DNA of 63,933 nucleotides, the filler included, from Octopus bimaculoides (Eukaryota): assembly GCF_001194135.2 (NCBI RefSeq). It is 6 parts of 6 records of this genome, joined end to end, with 100 filler letters (N's around TTAATTAATTAA, not from the genome) between each part and the next. Parts side by side here need not be neighbours in the genome. Positions count along the whole stretch, not along the records: positions 1 to 29,593 come from NC_068981.1; positions 29,694 to 41,284 come from NC_069005.1; 4 more parts are not named here. One strand, 5' to 3'. A program made the position numbers and the translations under genes. Positions 27,190-40,033 of the stretch are shown in pieces (position 1 is the stretch's first letter; each line of letters opens with the position of its first letter). A model generated the notes under the pieces. The model searched no databases. It had not been told where the DNA came from and saw nothing but the letters and a program-made list of their open reading frames with translations.

Positions 27190-27790
27190 AAACTGGTTAT
27201 GTGAAAGAGCTATACTGGTTCCAGCTAATGAAATGGTTGACAACCTCAATCATGAATTTCTTCGAAAGTTAACAGATCCACCAGAAGTGACTTTCCATCA
27301 ATTCACACAACAGTCGATCAAGATCAAGCTGTCCAAACCCTGTTGAATTTCTGAACACACTTAAACCTACTGGTATGCCATCGCATAATTTGACATTAAA
27401 GATGGATGCTCCCTTTATGTTGTTTAGGAATCTTGACTAACTTCGCCTGCGTAATGGAACACAATTGTTACTTCCATGAAGTCCCATATCCTACAGGCAA
27501 TAATCAAAACAGGTACTCACAAAGAAAGTGTCTTTATTCCGAAAGTTCCTTTCATACCTACAGATGTTCCATTTAAATGTAAGACGCTTCAGTTTCTAAT
27601 GAAACTAAATGTTTGTATTTCAGTTAAAAAATCTCAGGTAGTTGGACTTCATGTTTATACTACATGCTTCTCCCACGGCCAACACTATGTTGGTTGCTCA
27701 AAAGTTGGAAGCAACAACAATTTATTCATTTGGACACCAACAAAAAATTACACACGGAATATTGCTTACCTTGAGATGTTTCAGCATTGA
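27190..27790 (+). mobile_element. Helitron RepHel, PIF1-helicase C-terminal remnant
   Basis: RAILVPANEMVDNLN.., EFLNTLKPTGMPSHNLTLK, FRNLD..LRNGTQL, VFIPKVPFIPTDVPF, FSHGQHYVGCSKVG are diagnostic Helitron helicase motifs. Confidence 0.88.
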
Positions 27791-28229
27791 CAGATTTTCT
27801 GTTCTAAATTTTATATTTTATTGTCATTACAATTTGGATATTTTAAAATAAAATATAGATATTTTCAAATAATTATGAGAAAAAGCAATATGTTGATATT
27901 TCTTCAAATGCTCACATTCATATACAAAATGTGACGTTGTCGTGGTATAATATATCCTGTACTATATTTGACTATATACAAATTATCTCTATAAATTGTT
28001 ACATTGTTTTAATCGAAATGAAAAAAATTACATGTTGACACTGGTGGGGTGTGATACTATTACCTTGTAAAATTTGATTTGATTTGGTGGAGCCGTTTAA
28101 TATATATATAAGTTAACCAAATAGAAGCACAAAGAAGAATCTATATGATTACTAGGCCTGCTAGAAATAACAGTCAAATAACAATAAAATTAAATACAAT
28201 TTTTTGAAAAAAGAATGGACACATTGCAT

Positions 28230-28990
28230 ATTGTCGTCTTTTATGCACGAAAATGTCGGGATGCTCACGCTTGGACGAATGATACTTAGTATATACATTG
28301 CATTTATATTGCCACAAAATATTTCCGCTGTATGGTTTGTATAATCTTGAAGGAGCAGAGTGAAATTAACAGCGACACCAGCTCCCGTTAAATGACCAAT
28401 ATGATCACAGGTATTCCCCAGGTATCCAAATTGAGCGCTGAAAAGGATCTGCATCATCTTGGTTGCGTTAGGTGGCTCGATGTTTCGGGCCCAGATCAAT
28501 TGAATGAGGCTAACTTCATCCAACAGACTTCCTTCAGCGATTCATTGCAGACAGGTGAAATAAACGACCCTGGTTTCAAACGAATGGTGACTGGAACGAA
28601 AGATACATCATATATAACAATGTGAAGCGCAAACGCTCATGCCGAACCACCACAAAAAAGACCTCCAATGTAGGACTTCACGCGAAGAAGTATGTGCTGT
28701 AACCTTGGTGGGAGTATTGCCATTTACGAGCTTTTCTTAATCATTACAGTACCTGACTGTTCACTTCTTTGCAGACGTTGCAGAAGTTTGAAGGGTGAGA
28801 AGCTCCACCTTGGGCTTTCAGATTTCTGCGAATTTCGGTTTCTTCTAAAGTCATTGAATCGATATACCTTCAATACTGATGAGGATGTGAAAATTCATGT
28901 GGAAGAGTTTTTCGCCAGTTAAGACAGGAAATCACTGAGCAGAGAATATTAGATTTGCTTACAATAAGACAGCAGATACTGAAACAAAAC
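28230..28990 (+). mobile_element. Degenerate mariner transposon (Hsmar1/cecropia-like)
   Basis: LHHLGCVRWLDV.., KRMVTG..YNNVKRKRS, GLHAKK.ML, KSLNRYTFNTDEDVKIHVEEFFASK. Confidence 0.8.
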
Positions 28991-29311
28991 TGTAGTTGTA
29001 TTACTGATTAAGTGAATCCCTTTGTGTTTTATTTTTACTTAAAACACTGAAAGCATTTTTAGCTAATTCATTATAAAGGAGAGCACTTCTCAAATCCAAG
29101 GTGTAGTCAAATAGGCATAAAATATGCTTCACTACTCGGTGTTGTCACTCACATTGTGAATTCCTCCGATAGATAATTCCGTGTTCGCTTCACTGGATGG
29201 TAATAATATCTGAAGTGTAGATTTGCAATAATTATAAGGAAGGAGAATATGGAAACTAGTATATCGTAAACAGTTTTTTCCTTTTATTTTACTGTGAAGT
29301 AGATACGATAA

Positions 29312-29455
29312 TTTTACGGTTATGACGACCTACACGTGTTTGCAGAGCACGTAGTATGAGCAGTCGTAGCCGGGCATAATTATTTGTGAACCCTCATTCA
29401 GGGTCATTCAACCAGTTTGGCAGCTCCTACTCTGTGCAGCGTCGTAACCATAAAA
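29312..29455. repeat. 16-bp inverted repeat pair enclosing 112 bp (possible MITE or hairpin)
   Basis: ttttacggttatgacg (29312-29327) versus cgtcgtaaccataaaa (29440-29455); 14 of 16 complementary. Confidence 0.45.
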
Positions 29456-29562
29456 ATATGCAGTATGACATAAAATAAAATAAAAAATTTTTGAATAAGC
29501 ACCAGTCTCCAAATTCTCTATCGTTATAATTATTGTATATATATATACATACATACATAGAT

Positions 29563-29593
<31 letters not shown>

Positions 29594-29855
29594 NNNNNNN
29601 NNNNNNNNNNNNNNNNNNNNNNNNNNNNNNNNNNNNNTTAATTAATTAANNNNNNNNNNNNNNNNNNNNNNNNNNNNNNNNNNNNNNNNNNNNTCGGATA
29701 TTCCTCGTTACCGACTTGTTTTATATTAATACGGGCTTCCCTTCATCTCCACCTTCTTGGCTTCGCTTCGCTTCGTATATGTCAATGTGCTTGTAGGTGT
29801 GTATCTATATTAATACTTTGTGTATGTATATATATAGTTTTATAGTATTCTTATC

Positions 29856-30110
29856 TACTATAGGCACAAGGCCTGAAATTTGGGGGAGGGTGATAATCAA
29901 TTTCATCGACCTCAGTGCGTAACTGGCATTTATTTCATCGACCCCTCGAAAGGATGAAAGGCAAAGTCGACCTCAGCGGAATTTGAACTCAGAACGTAAC
30001 GACGGGCGAAATACCGCTAAGCACTTCGTCCGGCGTGCTAACGTTTCTTATTTCTTTATTGCCCACAAGGGGCTAAACATAGAGGGGACAAACAAGGACA
30101 GACATACATT
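29856..30110 (-). mobile_element. SINE family B copy plus the alternative tail of a second copy
   Basis: Reverse complement of gcacgccggacgaagtgcttagcggtatttcg..gaggtcgactttgcctttcatcctttcg.., abutting cttatttctttattgcccacaaggggctaaacatagagggg. Confidence 0.88.
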
Positions 30111-30452
30111 CACATACACAGGCATAAACGCAGATGCACACACACACACTAACATATAAACACACACACACGTATACACGTACAGGCCCAAACTCACACA
30201 TTCACGTACACAGGTATAAATCCAGATGAACATACGCACACACGTGGACACACGCACATGTACATACATAGATATATACATAGCCCAAGATTACACAAAC
30301 ACATACCCACGTACATACACACTCACATATGCACATATACGCACGTGCAGGTACACGCGCTGACATGCACACACTCACATACACACATGCATATACACGC
30401 AGACATACGCTAGCCACGACTTACGCTGCATACGCATTTTCACAGCTATATG

Positions 30453-30493
<41 letters not shown>

Positions 30494-30830
30494 AAACACG
30501 CATGCACACGAACAAGCCCAGAATTACATACACATACACATACACATACACACACGCGAACATACGCACATATTCACAAAACACGTACGCATGCATACGT
30601 ATAGACCCAGGCGTACACAAGCACATGAACACTCACACACAAACACACACACACACACACACACATACAGGCACACACGCACACACAAACAAACAGGCAC
30701 ACTTGCGCATACGCAAACACAAGTCCACAAACGCCCATAATCACGGTTAGATACACTTCACACACACCCACACACATATTCCCACATACATACATACATA
30801 CATACATACATACATACACGCACACATAGC
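30110..30830. repeat. Long degenerate CA-rich low-complexity tract
   Basis: Mixed (CA)n, (CATA)n and (CACG)n units. Confidence 0.9.
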
Positions 30831-31494
30831 ACTTGATTAGCTCTTTTCTTAAGTGTGTAGAGCTGTAGTGTTTAAAGTGTAAACAATACCTGGTTGTCAT
30901 GACAACTGTGTATTTCACGCCTCGCCGTTGTCTGCTTCCTTGTAGGAATCCAGATTGGTCGACTGACTGCCGTAACAATACTCATAGTCGGCAGAGTCCC
31001 ATTAGCAACCAATCTGCGTATATGTATGGATGGGTATGGATGGACAGGTGTGAGTAGATACGTACGTACGTTTATATGTATATATATATATATATNNNNN
31101 NNNNNNNNNNNNNNNNNNNNNNNNNNNNNNNNNNNNNNNNNNNNNNNNNNNNNNNNNNNNNNNNNNNNNNNNNNNNNNNNNNNNNNNNNNNNNNNNNNNN
31201 NNNNNNNNNNNNNNNNNNNNNNNNNNNNNNNNNNNNNNNNNNNNNNNNNNNNNNNNNNNNNNNNNNNNNNNNNNNNNNNNNNNNNNNNNNNNNNNNNNNN
31301 NNNNNNNNNNNNNNNNNNNNNNNNNNNNNNNNNNNNNNNNNNNNNNNNNNNNNNNNNNNNNNNNNNNNNNNNNNNNNNNNNNNNNNNNNNNNNNNNNNNN
31401 NNNNNNNNNNNNNNNNNNNNNNNATATATGGATGGATGGATGGATGGATGGATGGATGGACGGACGGTTGGATGTATTAATCCACCGATGAGAT

Positions 31495-31642
31495 CCAGAG
31501 ATCTACCAAATCCACTCACAAGGCTTTGGTCGGCCCAAGACTATAGCAGAAGATATTTACTCAAGGTACCAAGCAGTGGGACTGCACCCGGAACCATGCG
31601 GTTGGGAAGCAAATTTCTTACCACCCAGCCACGCTTGCGCCT
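31495..31642 (-). mobile_element. SINE family A head/body
   Basis: tctaccaaatccactcacaaggctttggtcggccc..gaaccatgcggttgggaagcaaatttcttaccacccagccacgc. Confidence 0.88.
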
Positions 31643-31739
31643 ATGAATGTATGTCAAAGAAAAACCAAATTCTAAGCATTCAGACACTACTAGAACAATG
31701 CAATTAATCCAACGACTTCAAACCGATATGAATGATTAT

Positions 31740-31990
31740 CCTGGGAAAACAGTAGGAGACATCACCAAAGAAGCTCACGGGTCAGAGTGGACCAACAGGA
31801 CTGTGATACCCAAGGACTGAAGTACTGAGACGCCAAATTCATATCTACGAAGACTGCTGCTTTTGGATCTCTGTGCAAGGGGAGACAAATCGACATTCTC
31901 ACAATATCGTAAGCTACAGCGAATGTGCCATTGTCTAAGTAATGTCTGGGATAAATTAGAACCATTTAGTTCAGGCATATCAAAGATTTC
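31740..31990 (+). mobile_element. Possible ancient LINE reverse-transcriptase remnant (RTE-like)
   Basis: Frame reads ..WTNRTVIPKD*ST..ARGDKSTFSQYRKL.., resembling the IPKDW..KGD..C.NYRGI motif at the start of the RT domain. Confidence 0.35.
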
Positions 31991-32504
31991 GACCTCTCAC
32001 AGAAACAGTAATCGAAGCTGAAGACGGATTCATAGAATAATTTTCTAAGAAAGCTTTTTGACATCACGTACAGAATTTCATTTTTTTAAATATATTATCA
32101 TTAAATTATATTTGGTTTGAATGGAATTGTTTTATTAAATTAACTAATGTGTCTCATATACCGCTCGCAACCTCTGTGTATAAACACAAGCATGGATGAG
32201 TATTTACACACGTTGAAATATACAAGTAGGCACGAACGCAAATATATGTCTATATGTGTGCAAATACACATTTATATTCCTGTACACATATAAATATCTA
32301 GCTATCTGTCTATCTTTTTATCTATCTCTCTATGTTATCTATATCTATCTATCTACCTATCTATCTATTTATCTGTCTGTCTATATTATCTATCCATCAT
32401 TCTATCTATCTATTTATCTATCTATCCGTCTGTCTATCTATTCATATGAATATATTGATTGCTTTTTTTCTTCTCTGCTTGTTTCTCTCCTTGTTTCTTT
32501 CTAT

Positions 32505-32600
32505 GTTCCTTTCTGTGAAAGAGCATAGGCTCGAAACGTTAAAAACTTTTTCAATTTCCGAGCGTTATACTAATACATCTGTTTCTTTTCTACACCACCT
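32505..32600 (+). mobile_element. Short repeat family D copy with degenerate hammerhead-like motif
   Basis: ctttCTGTGAaaGAGCatagGCTCGAAAcgttaaaaac..ccgagcgttatactaatacatct..acaccacctg. Confidence 0.6.
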
Positions 32601-32700
32601 GGCGAGGCTTTGAAAGGGCGCATAAATAAATAAATAAATAAATATATGTATGAATATATATATGTATGTATGTATATATGTATGTATATGCATATATATA

Positions 32701-32735
<35 letters not shown>

Positions 32736-33461
32736 ACATGTCTCTTAAAGGATAGAGCTCAAAATCAATGCATTGAAGATACTTTATTGCAGCAACAATT
32801 ATAATAATAACAGAAACAACCACAATAAGCCAAACCTATGCACATTTCAATAGGGTATCCCGGAAAAATAAACCACATCATAAGATATATATATATATAT
32901 AGACACCTTATATGCATGTGTACATACATATATATATGGCGCCACGCGCATGTACATACATAATAGTGAGGGACAAAGACCAGGGACTACTCTACTGGGT
33001 AATAAAATTTAGTCAGTTGGCCAACAAGTGTTAACATAACGTCTAGGATAAAGGAAAAAGAAAAAATAAAACATCTAAGGCAGAATTAATTTTTAAAAAA
33101 CTGCAGATACAACGCTACACTGGTTATACGACTTTTTATTGATTCTTGTGATTACTGCATTTGAATATGTAATTAAAAACCTCGGCAGCGGTATTAAGAG
33201 GCCCGTCTTTCTATAGTCAGAAGGTACGTAGAGTATTTTAACACAAAATAATCCCTCTCAACACATGGCTATGATGCTCCCCTTCCCCACAACCACGCCT
33301 GCGACTAAATTTCTGAGACATTTCACACATCTTCACAGTTCCCTTGATCGATTGCTATTGCAGTATCATATATACATAGAAATATATATATANNNNNNNN
33401 NNACAGGACGTCAGAAACAAATGAGTTCAATATGCAAACAACGAGAGAAAAAATTGGAAAA

Positions 33462-33495
<34 letters not shown>
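33462..33495. repeat. (TAG)n microsatellite
   Basis: Directly visible. Confidence 0.95.
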
Positions 33496-33496
<1 letters not shown>

Positions 33497-33699
33497 ATCA
33501 ATAGTCGTCGAGGAAGATCTAAGTTGATGACATTTACATGGCGTTATCGATTTCTCTTTTGCAATTCTGTTTTCTGCCATTCTTTCGCTTTCTTTCGCAA
33601 CATCGTGCGTTAACACAGACGTTCTTAAACTACAACCAATACAACCACGAACGCCCACCACTAAACACCAACGCCAACGCTGTTAACAATACACGGACC

Positions 33700-34042
33700 A
33701 CATCCGCGATCCACGCCCACCACCAACTAACTGACATCATCATCATCATCATCATTATTACCTGCAGCAGCAGAAGCACCTTCATATAAGCCGTCATCAT
33801 CACTTTGTCGTCAGCTTCCACCGCATGACACCGCCTCCACCAATCGCCAACGACGACACCAGGCCCCAACGACCCATGACCGTGCGCCACCACCACCACC
33901 GCCACCACCGTCACCTCCGCCTTCACCATCACCATTAACACCCACCACTGCCACTATTACCATTTTCATCATCATCATCATCATCGTCGTCGTCGTCGTC
34001 GTCGTTGTCATCACCCTCATCATCTGCATCGTGATCATCACC

Positions 34043-34076
<34 letters not shown>

Positions 34077-34124
34077 TCATCATCATTATCATCATCATCA
34101 CCACCACCACCATCATCATCATCA
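33700..34124. repeat. Compound degenerate trinucleotide tract (CAT/CAC/CGT)n
   Basis: Directly visible; source of the spurious poly-M/D/G/I ORFs. Confidence 0.9.
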
Positions 34125-34489
34125 CNNNNNNNNNNNNNNNNNNNNNNNNNNNNNNNNNNNNNNNNNNNNNNNNNNNNNNNNNNNNNNNNNNNNNNNNNNN
34201 NNNNNNNNNNNNNNNNNNNNNNNNNNNNNNNNNNNNNNNNNNNNNNNNNNNNNNNNNNNNNNNNNNNNNNNNNNNNNNNNNNNNNNNNNNNNNNNNNNNN
34301 NNNNNNNNNNNNNNNNNNNNNNNNNNNNNNNNNNNNNNNNNNNNNNNNNNNNNNNNNNNNNNNNNNNNNNNNNNNNNNNNNNNNNNNNNNNNNNNNNNNN
34401 NNNNNNNNNNNNNNNTTTTCCATTTCTCTGTGGACAGATGTGGGTTGTAACGGCTCTTTGCTCGTCCTTTTTCTTACCGCATAATTATA

Positions 34490-34553
34490 CAGACAGACAG
34501 ACAGACAGACAGACAGGTAGGTAGGTAGGTAGGTAGGTAGGTAGGTAGGTAGG

Positions 34554-34600
<47 letters not shown>
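34490..34600. repeat. Compound (GACA)(GGTA)(GATA) microsatellite
   Basis: Directly visible stepwise tetranucleotide series. Confidence 0.95.
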
Positions 34601-35023
34601 TCATAGACGTACAAAATTACACTAATCCTGTAATTTAGAAAGCACTCGACACACAGAGTGTTGTTTTAAATAGCAAAAATATTTCGAGGTTAAAGAGTTT
34701 TGCCGACCCTTGGCGGCCCCAGTCATTGAATTATCTTACAGAAGGCGTTTAATTATACGTTACAGCAAAAATGTGTGGTAAAGAATACAAATCGTAACTT
34801 GTGGATGTAATTTATACAAAGTGCAGTCCTTTGCGTTGATTTGCATCAAGAGGGTTCGCGAAGTTTGCGATTTCAATGAGGAATAATAACTTGTATAAGA
34901 AAAAGTATTCGTGGAGAGGTTGCGGTTTAGAAGCTGAGTTTCGTAGACAAAAAAGAAAGGATAGATGTATTCGCAAATATACGATATTGCTGCGTTTATT
35001 CTTTTTCTTTTTTTTTTTCTTAG

Positions 35024-35109
35024 CCAATTAGCGCTTTCCGTGGCTGAATTTTATCACTTATCTACGTCTATACTGGCTGCGTCTCGGTGGAATACTTGTT
35101 TTGGCCACA
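35024..35109 (+). other. Candidate 86-nt exon (QLALSVAEFYHLSTSILAASRWNTCFGH)
   Basis: Very long pyrimidine tract ending ttcttag, donor CACA|gtaagt, one open frame. Splice signals only. Confidence 0.22.
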
Positions 35110-35345
35110 GTAAGTGGAGCGTAAATACCATTTCAGCCATTAATATCAGACGGCCGCGTAGGAAGTGCAAACTATATATACACAAACACACACATAATAC
35201 AGTATAGAAATACATAGGCATACGCAGATATACAGCTATATATACATATATATATTATATATACCCAGAAGCACTCAATGGCTTAATATAGGCATGCATA
35301 TTATATAAGAAATATATATACATACACATACATACATACATACAT

Positions 35346-35387
<42 letters not shown>

Positions 35388-36210
35388 NNNNNNNNNNNNN
35401 NNNNNNNNNNNNNNNNNNNNNNNNNNNNNNNNNNNNNNNNNNNNNNNNNNNNNNNNNNNNNNNNNNNNNNNNNNNNNNNNNNNNNNNNNNNNNNNNNNNN
35501 NNNNNNNNNNNNNNNNNNNNNNNNNNNNNNNNNNNNNNNNNNNNNNNNNNNNNNNNNNNNNNNNNNNNNNNNNNNNNNNNNNNNNNNNNNNNNNNNNNNN
35601 NNNNNNNNNNNNNNNNNNNNNNNNNNNNNNNNNNNNNNNNNNNNNNNNNNNNNNNNNNNNNNNNNNNNNNNNNNNNNNNNNNNNNNNNNNNNNNGTCCAA
35701 AAGTCACCCAACTGTAAATCAAAATTCCATAAATACTTTCTGTATTGACTCGAATGGAAAAATCTGTCGTTCAAGGACTCTAGTTTGAACAATTTTCATG
35801 ATGTTTCATATTTAGATGTTTTTATTAAATTCATTCAGTTGTTAAACATAAATAAATCTTCGAATTAAATGGTTTTGATTTACTGTATGCGGACTTTTGG
35901 CCAAACCTGTATATCGTTTAGCTTTAATTTTTACTTGTTTTGGTCGAGTGACTGAAATGAGTAAAAAGGGCGCCACCTTAAAGAATTTTAGTCGAACGAA
36001 TCAACCTCAGTGTTGTGTTCATGAATTCCTACATGAACTGACTACATTTTCATAGAGTAACCTCATGTTCACTTGATTGTTCGGCCAAAGCTTCAATTAA
36101 TGTCAAGTACTTACAAATTTGTTGCACTATAGCTAATTATAGAAGCCTACCATCAACTCCACATTTATTTCGTTGCTGCCATTAATGTGGTTGCATTATT
36201 GATCATATAC

Positions 36211-36610
36211 AAGGCGGCGACCTGGCAGAATCGTTAGCACGCCGGGCGAAATGCTTAGCGGTATTTCCTCTGCCTTTACATTCTGAGTTCAAATCCCGCC
36301 GTAGTCGACTTTTCCTTTCGTGGTTGATGCAATAGGTACCAGTAACACATAGGAGTTGATGTAATCTACTTATCCTCTCACCCAAAATTTCAGGCCTTGC
36401 GCCTATAGTAGGAACGATTGGCGGGCAGAACCGTTAGGCGGCGGGATTTGGTCCATCCTTAGGTTCTAAGTTCAAATTCCGCCGAGGTCTACACTATCTT
36501 TTGTCCCTTCGGGGTTGACAAAGTAAGTACCAGTTGGACACTGGGGCTTGATGTAACAGACTTATCCCCTCCCCTAAAATTGCCGGCGTTCTACCAAAAT
36601 TTGAAACCAT
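36211..36610 (+). mobile_element. Two head-to-tail SINE family B copies (OR-like tRNA SINE)
   Basis: aaggcggcgacctggcagaatcgttagcacgccgggcgaaatgcttagcgg..ttctgagttcaaat (B-box-like)..tail ccaaaatttcaggccttgcgcctatagtag; second copy starts ~36418. Confidence 0.9.
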
Positions 36611-36805
36611 TATTAACCATCAACCTTTAAAAACCACGTGTAGTAGCTAACCTAACTAGTTAACAAATAAGTTGTTTGGTTACCTAAATACTTAATCATG
36701 TATAATTTATTACAATCTAATATAATTTAATATAATTATTGATGTCCTTGTTCCAACAAACACTACTCTTTTATTCATTCTTTTTTCGGAGTCAAGGGCC
36801 ACTGT

Positions 36806-36908
<103 letters not shown>

Positions 36909-37184
36909 CTGTCAATATATATGTGCTCTGTCAATTTGCTTTATTAGGCGCAAGAGAAATGAATACCAACCATCATCAACGACAATTTCATCAGTTGTAC
37001 CTCTATTATTTAATAAATTACAACTACAGCTATCTAGGGCTTCCGCTAGAATTTTATTGCCCATAACTTCTTCCCTTCACCTAACACACAGCTTACACCA
37101 ATGTATCGTGTCTTCGTCCTTTCGTATGTTTACCTCTTTCTCATCATCATACCGTCGCCATCATCATCATCCTCGTTACCGTAT

Positions 37185-38005
37185 CGGATAAAATGCTTAG
37201 CACATCTTCCAGTTCTTTGTGTTCTGGCTTCCAATAAGGCGGAGCTCGACTATGCCTTTCATCTTTTCGTCGTCTATCAAATAAGTACCAGTTAAAAACT
37301 GGGGGTCGATGCAATCGACTAACCGCCACCCTCTACACAAGAAAGAATAATTATTGTTCTTTTTATTACCAGAATCGTTAGCACGCCGGACAAAATGCTT
37401 AGCGGAATTTAGTCCGTTTTTACGTTCTGAGTTCGAATGGTGCCGAGGTCGACTTTGCTTTTCATCATATCGGGATCGATAAAACAAATACCAGTTGAAT
37501 CCTGGGGTTGATCTAATCGACTTATCCTCTCCCCCGAAATTTCTGGCCTTGAGCCAAAATTTGAAATCAATATTCTTTTCTACTCTAGGCACAGGACCCG
37601 AAATTTTGGGAGAAGGGGCCAGTCGATTAGATCGGACCCAATACGCAAAAAATGCTTACGTTCAAAACTCCGCCGAGATCGACTTTGCCTTTCATCCTTT
37701 CGGGGTCGATACATTAAGTACCAGTTGTGTACTGGGGTCAATCTAATCGACTGGCCCCTTCCCCCTTAATTTCGGGCCTTGCGCCTAGAACAGAAAAGAA
37801 TATTATCATTGTGAAGGCGGTGAGCTGGAAGAATCGTTAGCACAACGGACCAAATGCTTAACGGAATTTCGTCCGTCTTTACTTTCAAAATTTCGCCGTC
37901 GTTGACTTTGACTCGGTAAAATAAACACCCGTTAAGCACGGGTTCGAATGTAATCGGCTTATCCCCTCCTCCGAAATTACTGGCCTTGCATCGAAATTTG
38001 AGGCC
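37185..38005 (+). mobile_element. Cluster of about four SINE family B copies including a fold-back unit
   Basis: Family B cores at ~37250, ~37445, ~37680, ~37900; inverted tail at 37569-37642. Confidence 0.88.
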
Positions 38006-38669
38006 GTTAATCTGTTTTTATTGGTATTAGTATTATGACCATTGTAGACCGTAAGATTTTCTGAATTGATCACTACATACATTTGTGATGTATTACATTG
38101 TGATTTATTACTTATCAAAATCTCGCTTGTATCACTCTAGGTTAGTCTTACTGTTGCAATTATTATAAAGAAAGCATGATGTATGTGAACTGTTTCCGCA
38201 AACGTATATTATTGAATCGCTGGCGAATCTTACTAGATGCTGAACAGATGAACAAACAACAATCAACAGCCAGGATCAACGAATTCAGTGAACGAACTAC
38301 TGCCGTTATCTGTTGTCATGGCGTCCTCAGATAAGATATTCCAGCTAGCGAAAGACTAATGTGAATTAACCCAGGCCAGACAGTCATGTCTCATCGTTCT
38401 ACGTGTTGTTAAGACTCGACATTTTCAACGCTTAGATTTGTTTTACGAGATTCACTTCAAAGACTCTAACGCTTTCGTAGCAAGTTTATTTGACGTCAGG
38501 CGCTTGATGTTAATTTTCTGACCAACTTATTGGGGGCACCATACGTTGTTCAACCTAATTGGTATTTTTTTTGTTTTTGGTTTTTATTTTTGTTTTTCTT
38601 CTTAATTGAAATGATGTGATTTGTGCCCCTGTGAAGAATAAATATCGTGTTTTCTGTGTCTGACAGATT

Positions 38670-38998
38670 TAAGGTGGCGAGCTGGCAGAAACGTTAGCAC
38701 GCCGGGCGAAATACTTAACGGTATTTCGTCTGCCGTTACGTTCTGAGTTCAAATTCCGCTGAGGTTGACTTTGCCATTCATCCTTTCGGGGTCGATAAAT
38801 TAAGTACCAGTTACGCACTGGGGTCGATGTAATTGATTTAGCCCCTTTGTCTGTCCTTGTTTGTCCCCTCTTTGTTTAGCCCCTTGTGGGCAATAAAGAA
38901 ATAAGAATCGTTACCGCTGAGCATTTCTTCCGATTTTACATTCTGTATTCAAATGCCACCGGGGTCTACTTGCCCTTTCATCCTTTCGGGACCGATAA
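38670..38998 (+). mobile_element. SINE family B full copy with alternative tail plus a partial second copy
   Basis: aaggtggcgagctggcagaaacgttagcacgccgggcg..ttgtcccctctttgtttagccccttgtgggcaataaagaaataag, followed by gaatcgtta.. of another copy. Confidence 0.9.
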
Positions 38999-39120
38999 NN
39001 NNNNNNNNNNNNNNNNNNNNNNNNNNNNNNNNNNNNNNNNNNNNNNNNNNNNNNNNNNNNNNNNNNNNNNNNNNNNNNNNNNNNNNNNNNNNNNNNNNNN
39101 NNNNNNNNNNNNNNNNNNNN

Positions 39121-39500
39121 GACTACATCCTCCTCAGTGCTCAAGTGGTACTTATTTTATCGACCCCCGACAAGAAGATGAAAAAGCAAGCTCGACTGGA
39201 TTTGAACTCAGATCGTTAGAACGGACGAAATGCCGCCAAGCATTTCGTCCGACATTCTAACGATTCTGCCAGTTCGATAATAATGATAATCCTTTCTACT
39301 ATAAGCACAAGGCCTGAAATTTGGGGGGAGGGGCTAGTCTGTTACATTGCCCCCCCCCACCTCCTCAGTGCATTAATTACTGGTATTTATTTTTATCGAC
39401 TCCGAACGATAAAATTTAAACTCAGAACGTAAAGACGAACGAAACGCCGTAAAGCATTTTGTCCGGCCTGCTAATGACTCTGTCAACATGCCGCCTTAAA
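39121..39500 (-). mobile_element. Two SINE family B copies in reverse orientation
   Basis: ttttatcgacccc..ggatttgaactcaga..gcatttcgtccgacattctaacgattctgccag, and ctttctactataagcacaaggcctgaaatttggggg..aactcagaacgtaaag. Confidence 0.85.
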
Positions 39501-39769
39501 TAAATCTTTTAATAATAATTAATTTACAACTGACTTTCGGGCTACTTACTAAAGCAGCATCTCCATCGTCAGCAGTCGTAGGAAGGAAGCAGATATTGTT
39601 GGAGTGAGTAAATCTAAAGTCTGAGGCGGAAACAACAGCGAAAATAAATCAAGAAGATGACCAGCGATTATTAATGTCACATCTCGTGTAAAGAGATGAG
39701 GATGCTGACTTCCATTGCTTTTAGTTATGTTCTCATAATGCGCATCAGACGTTATCAAAATTTAGGTGT

Positions 39770-39984
39770 GGGCGTACCACATGGCTGCGCGATTGACCTG
39801 GCTCGTTTTTGCGACTACGTGGTTTTCGAGTTCAGCTCCACTACGCGACCCTTTGGGGGAAGAGTATATTGCAATACACACCCCGGGCCCACGAATGCCT
39901 GAAACGTGAATTTGATATAGCCTCGGGTCGACCAAAGCCTTGTGAGTGGATTTGGTAGACGGAAACTGAAAGAAGCCCGTCGTA

Positions 39985-40033
<49 letters not shown>

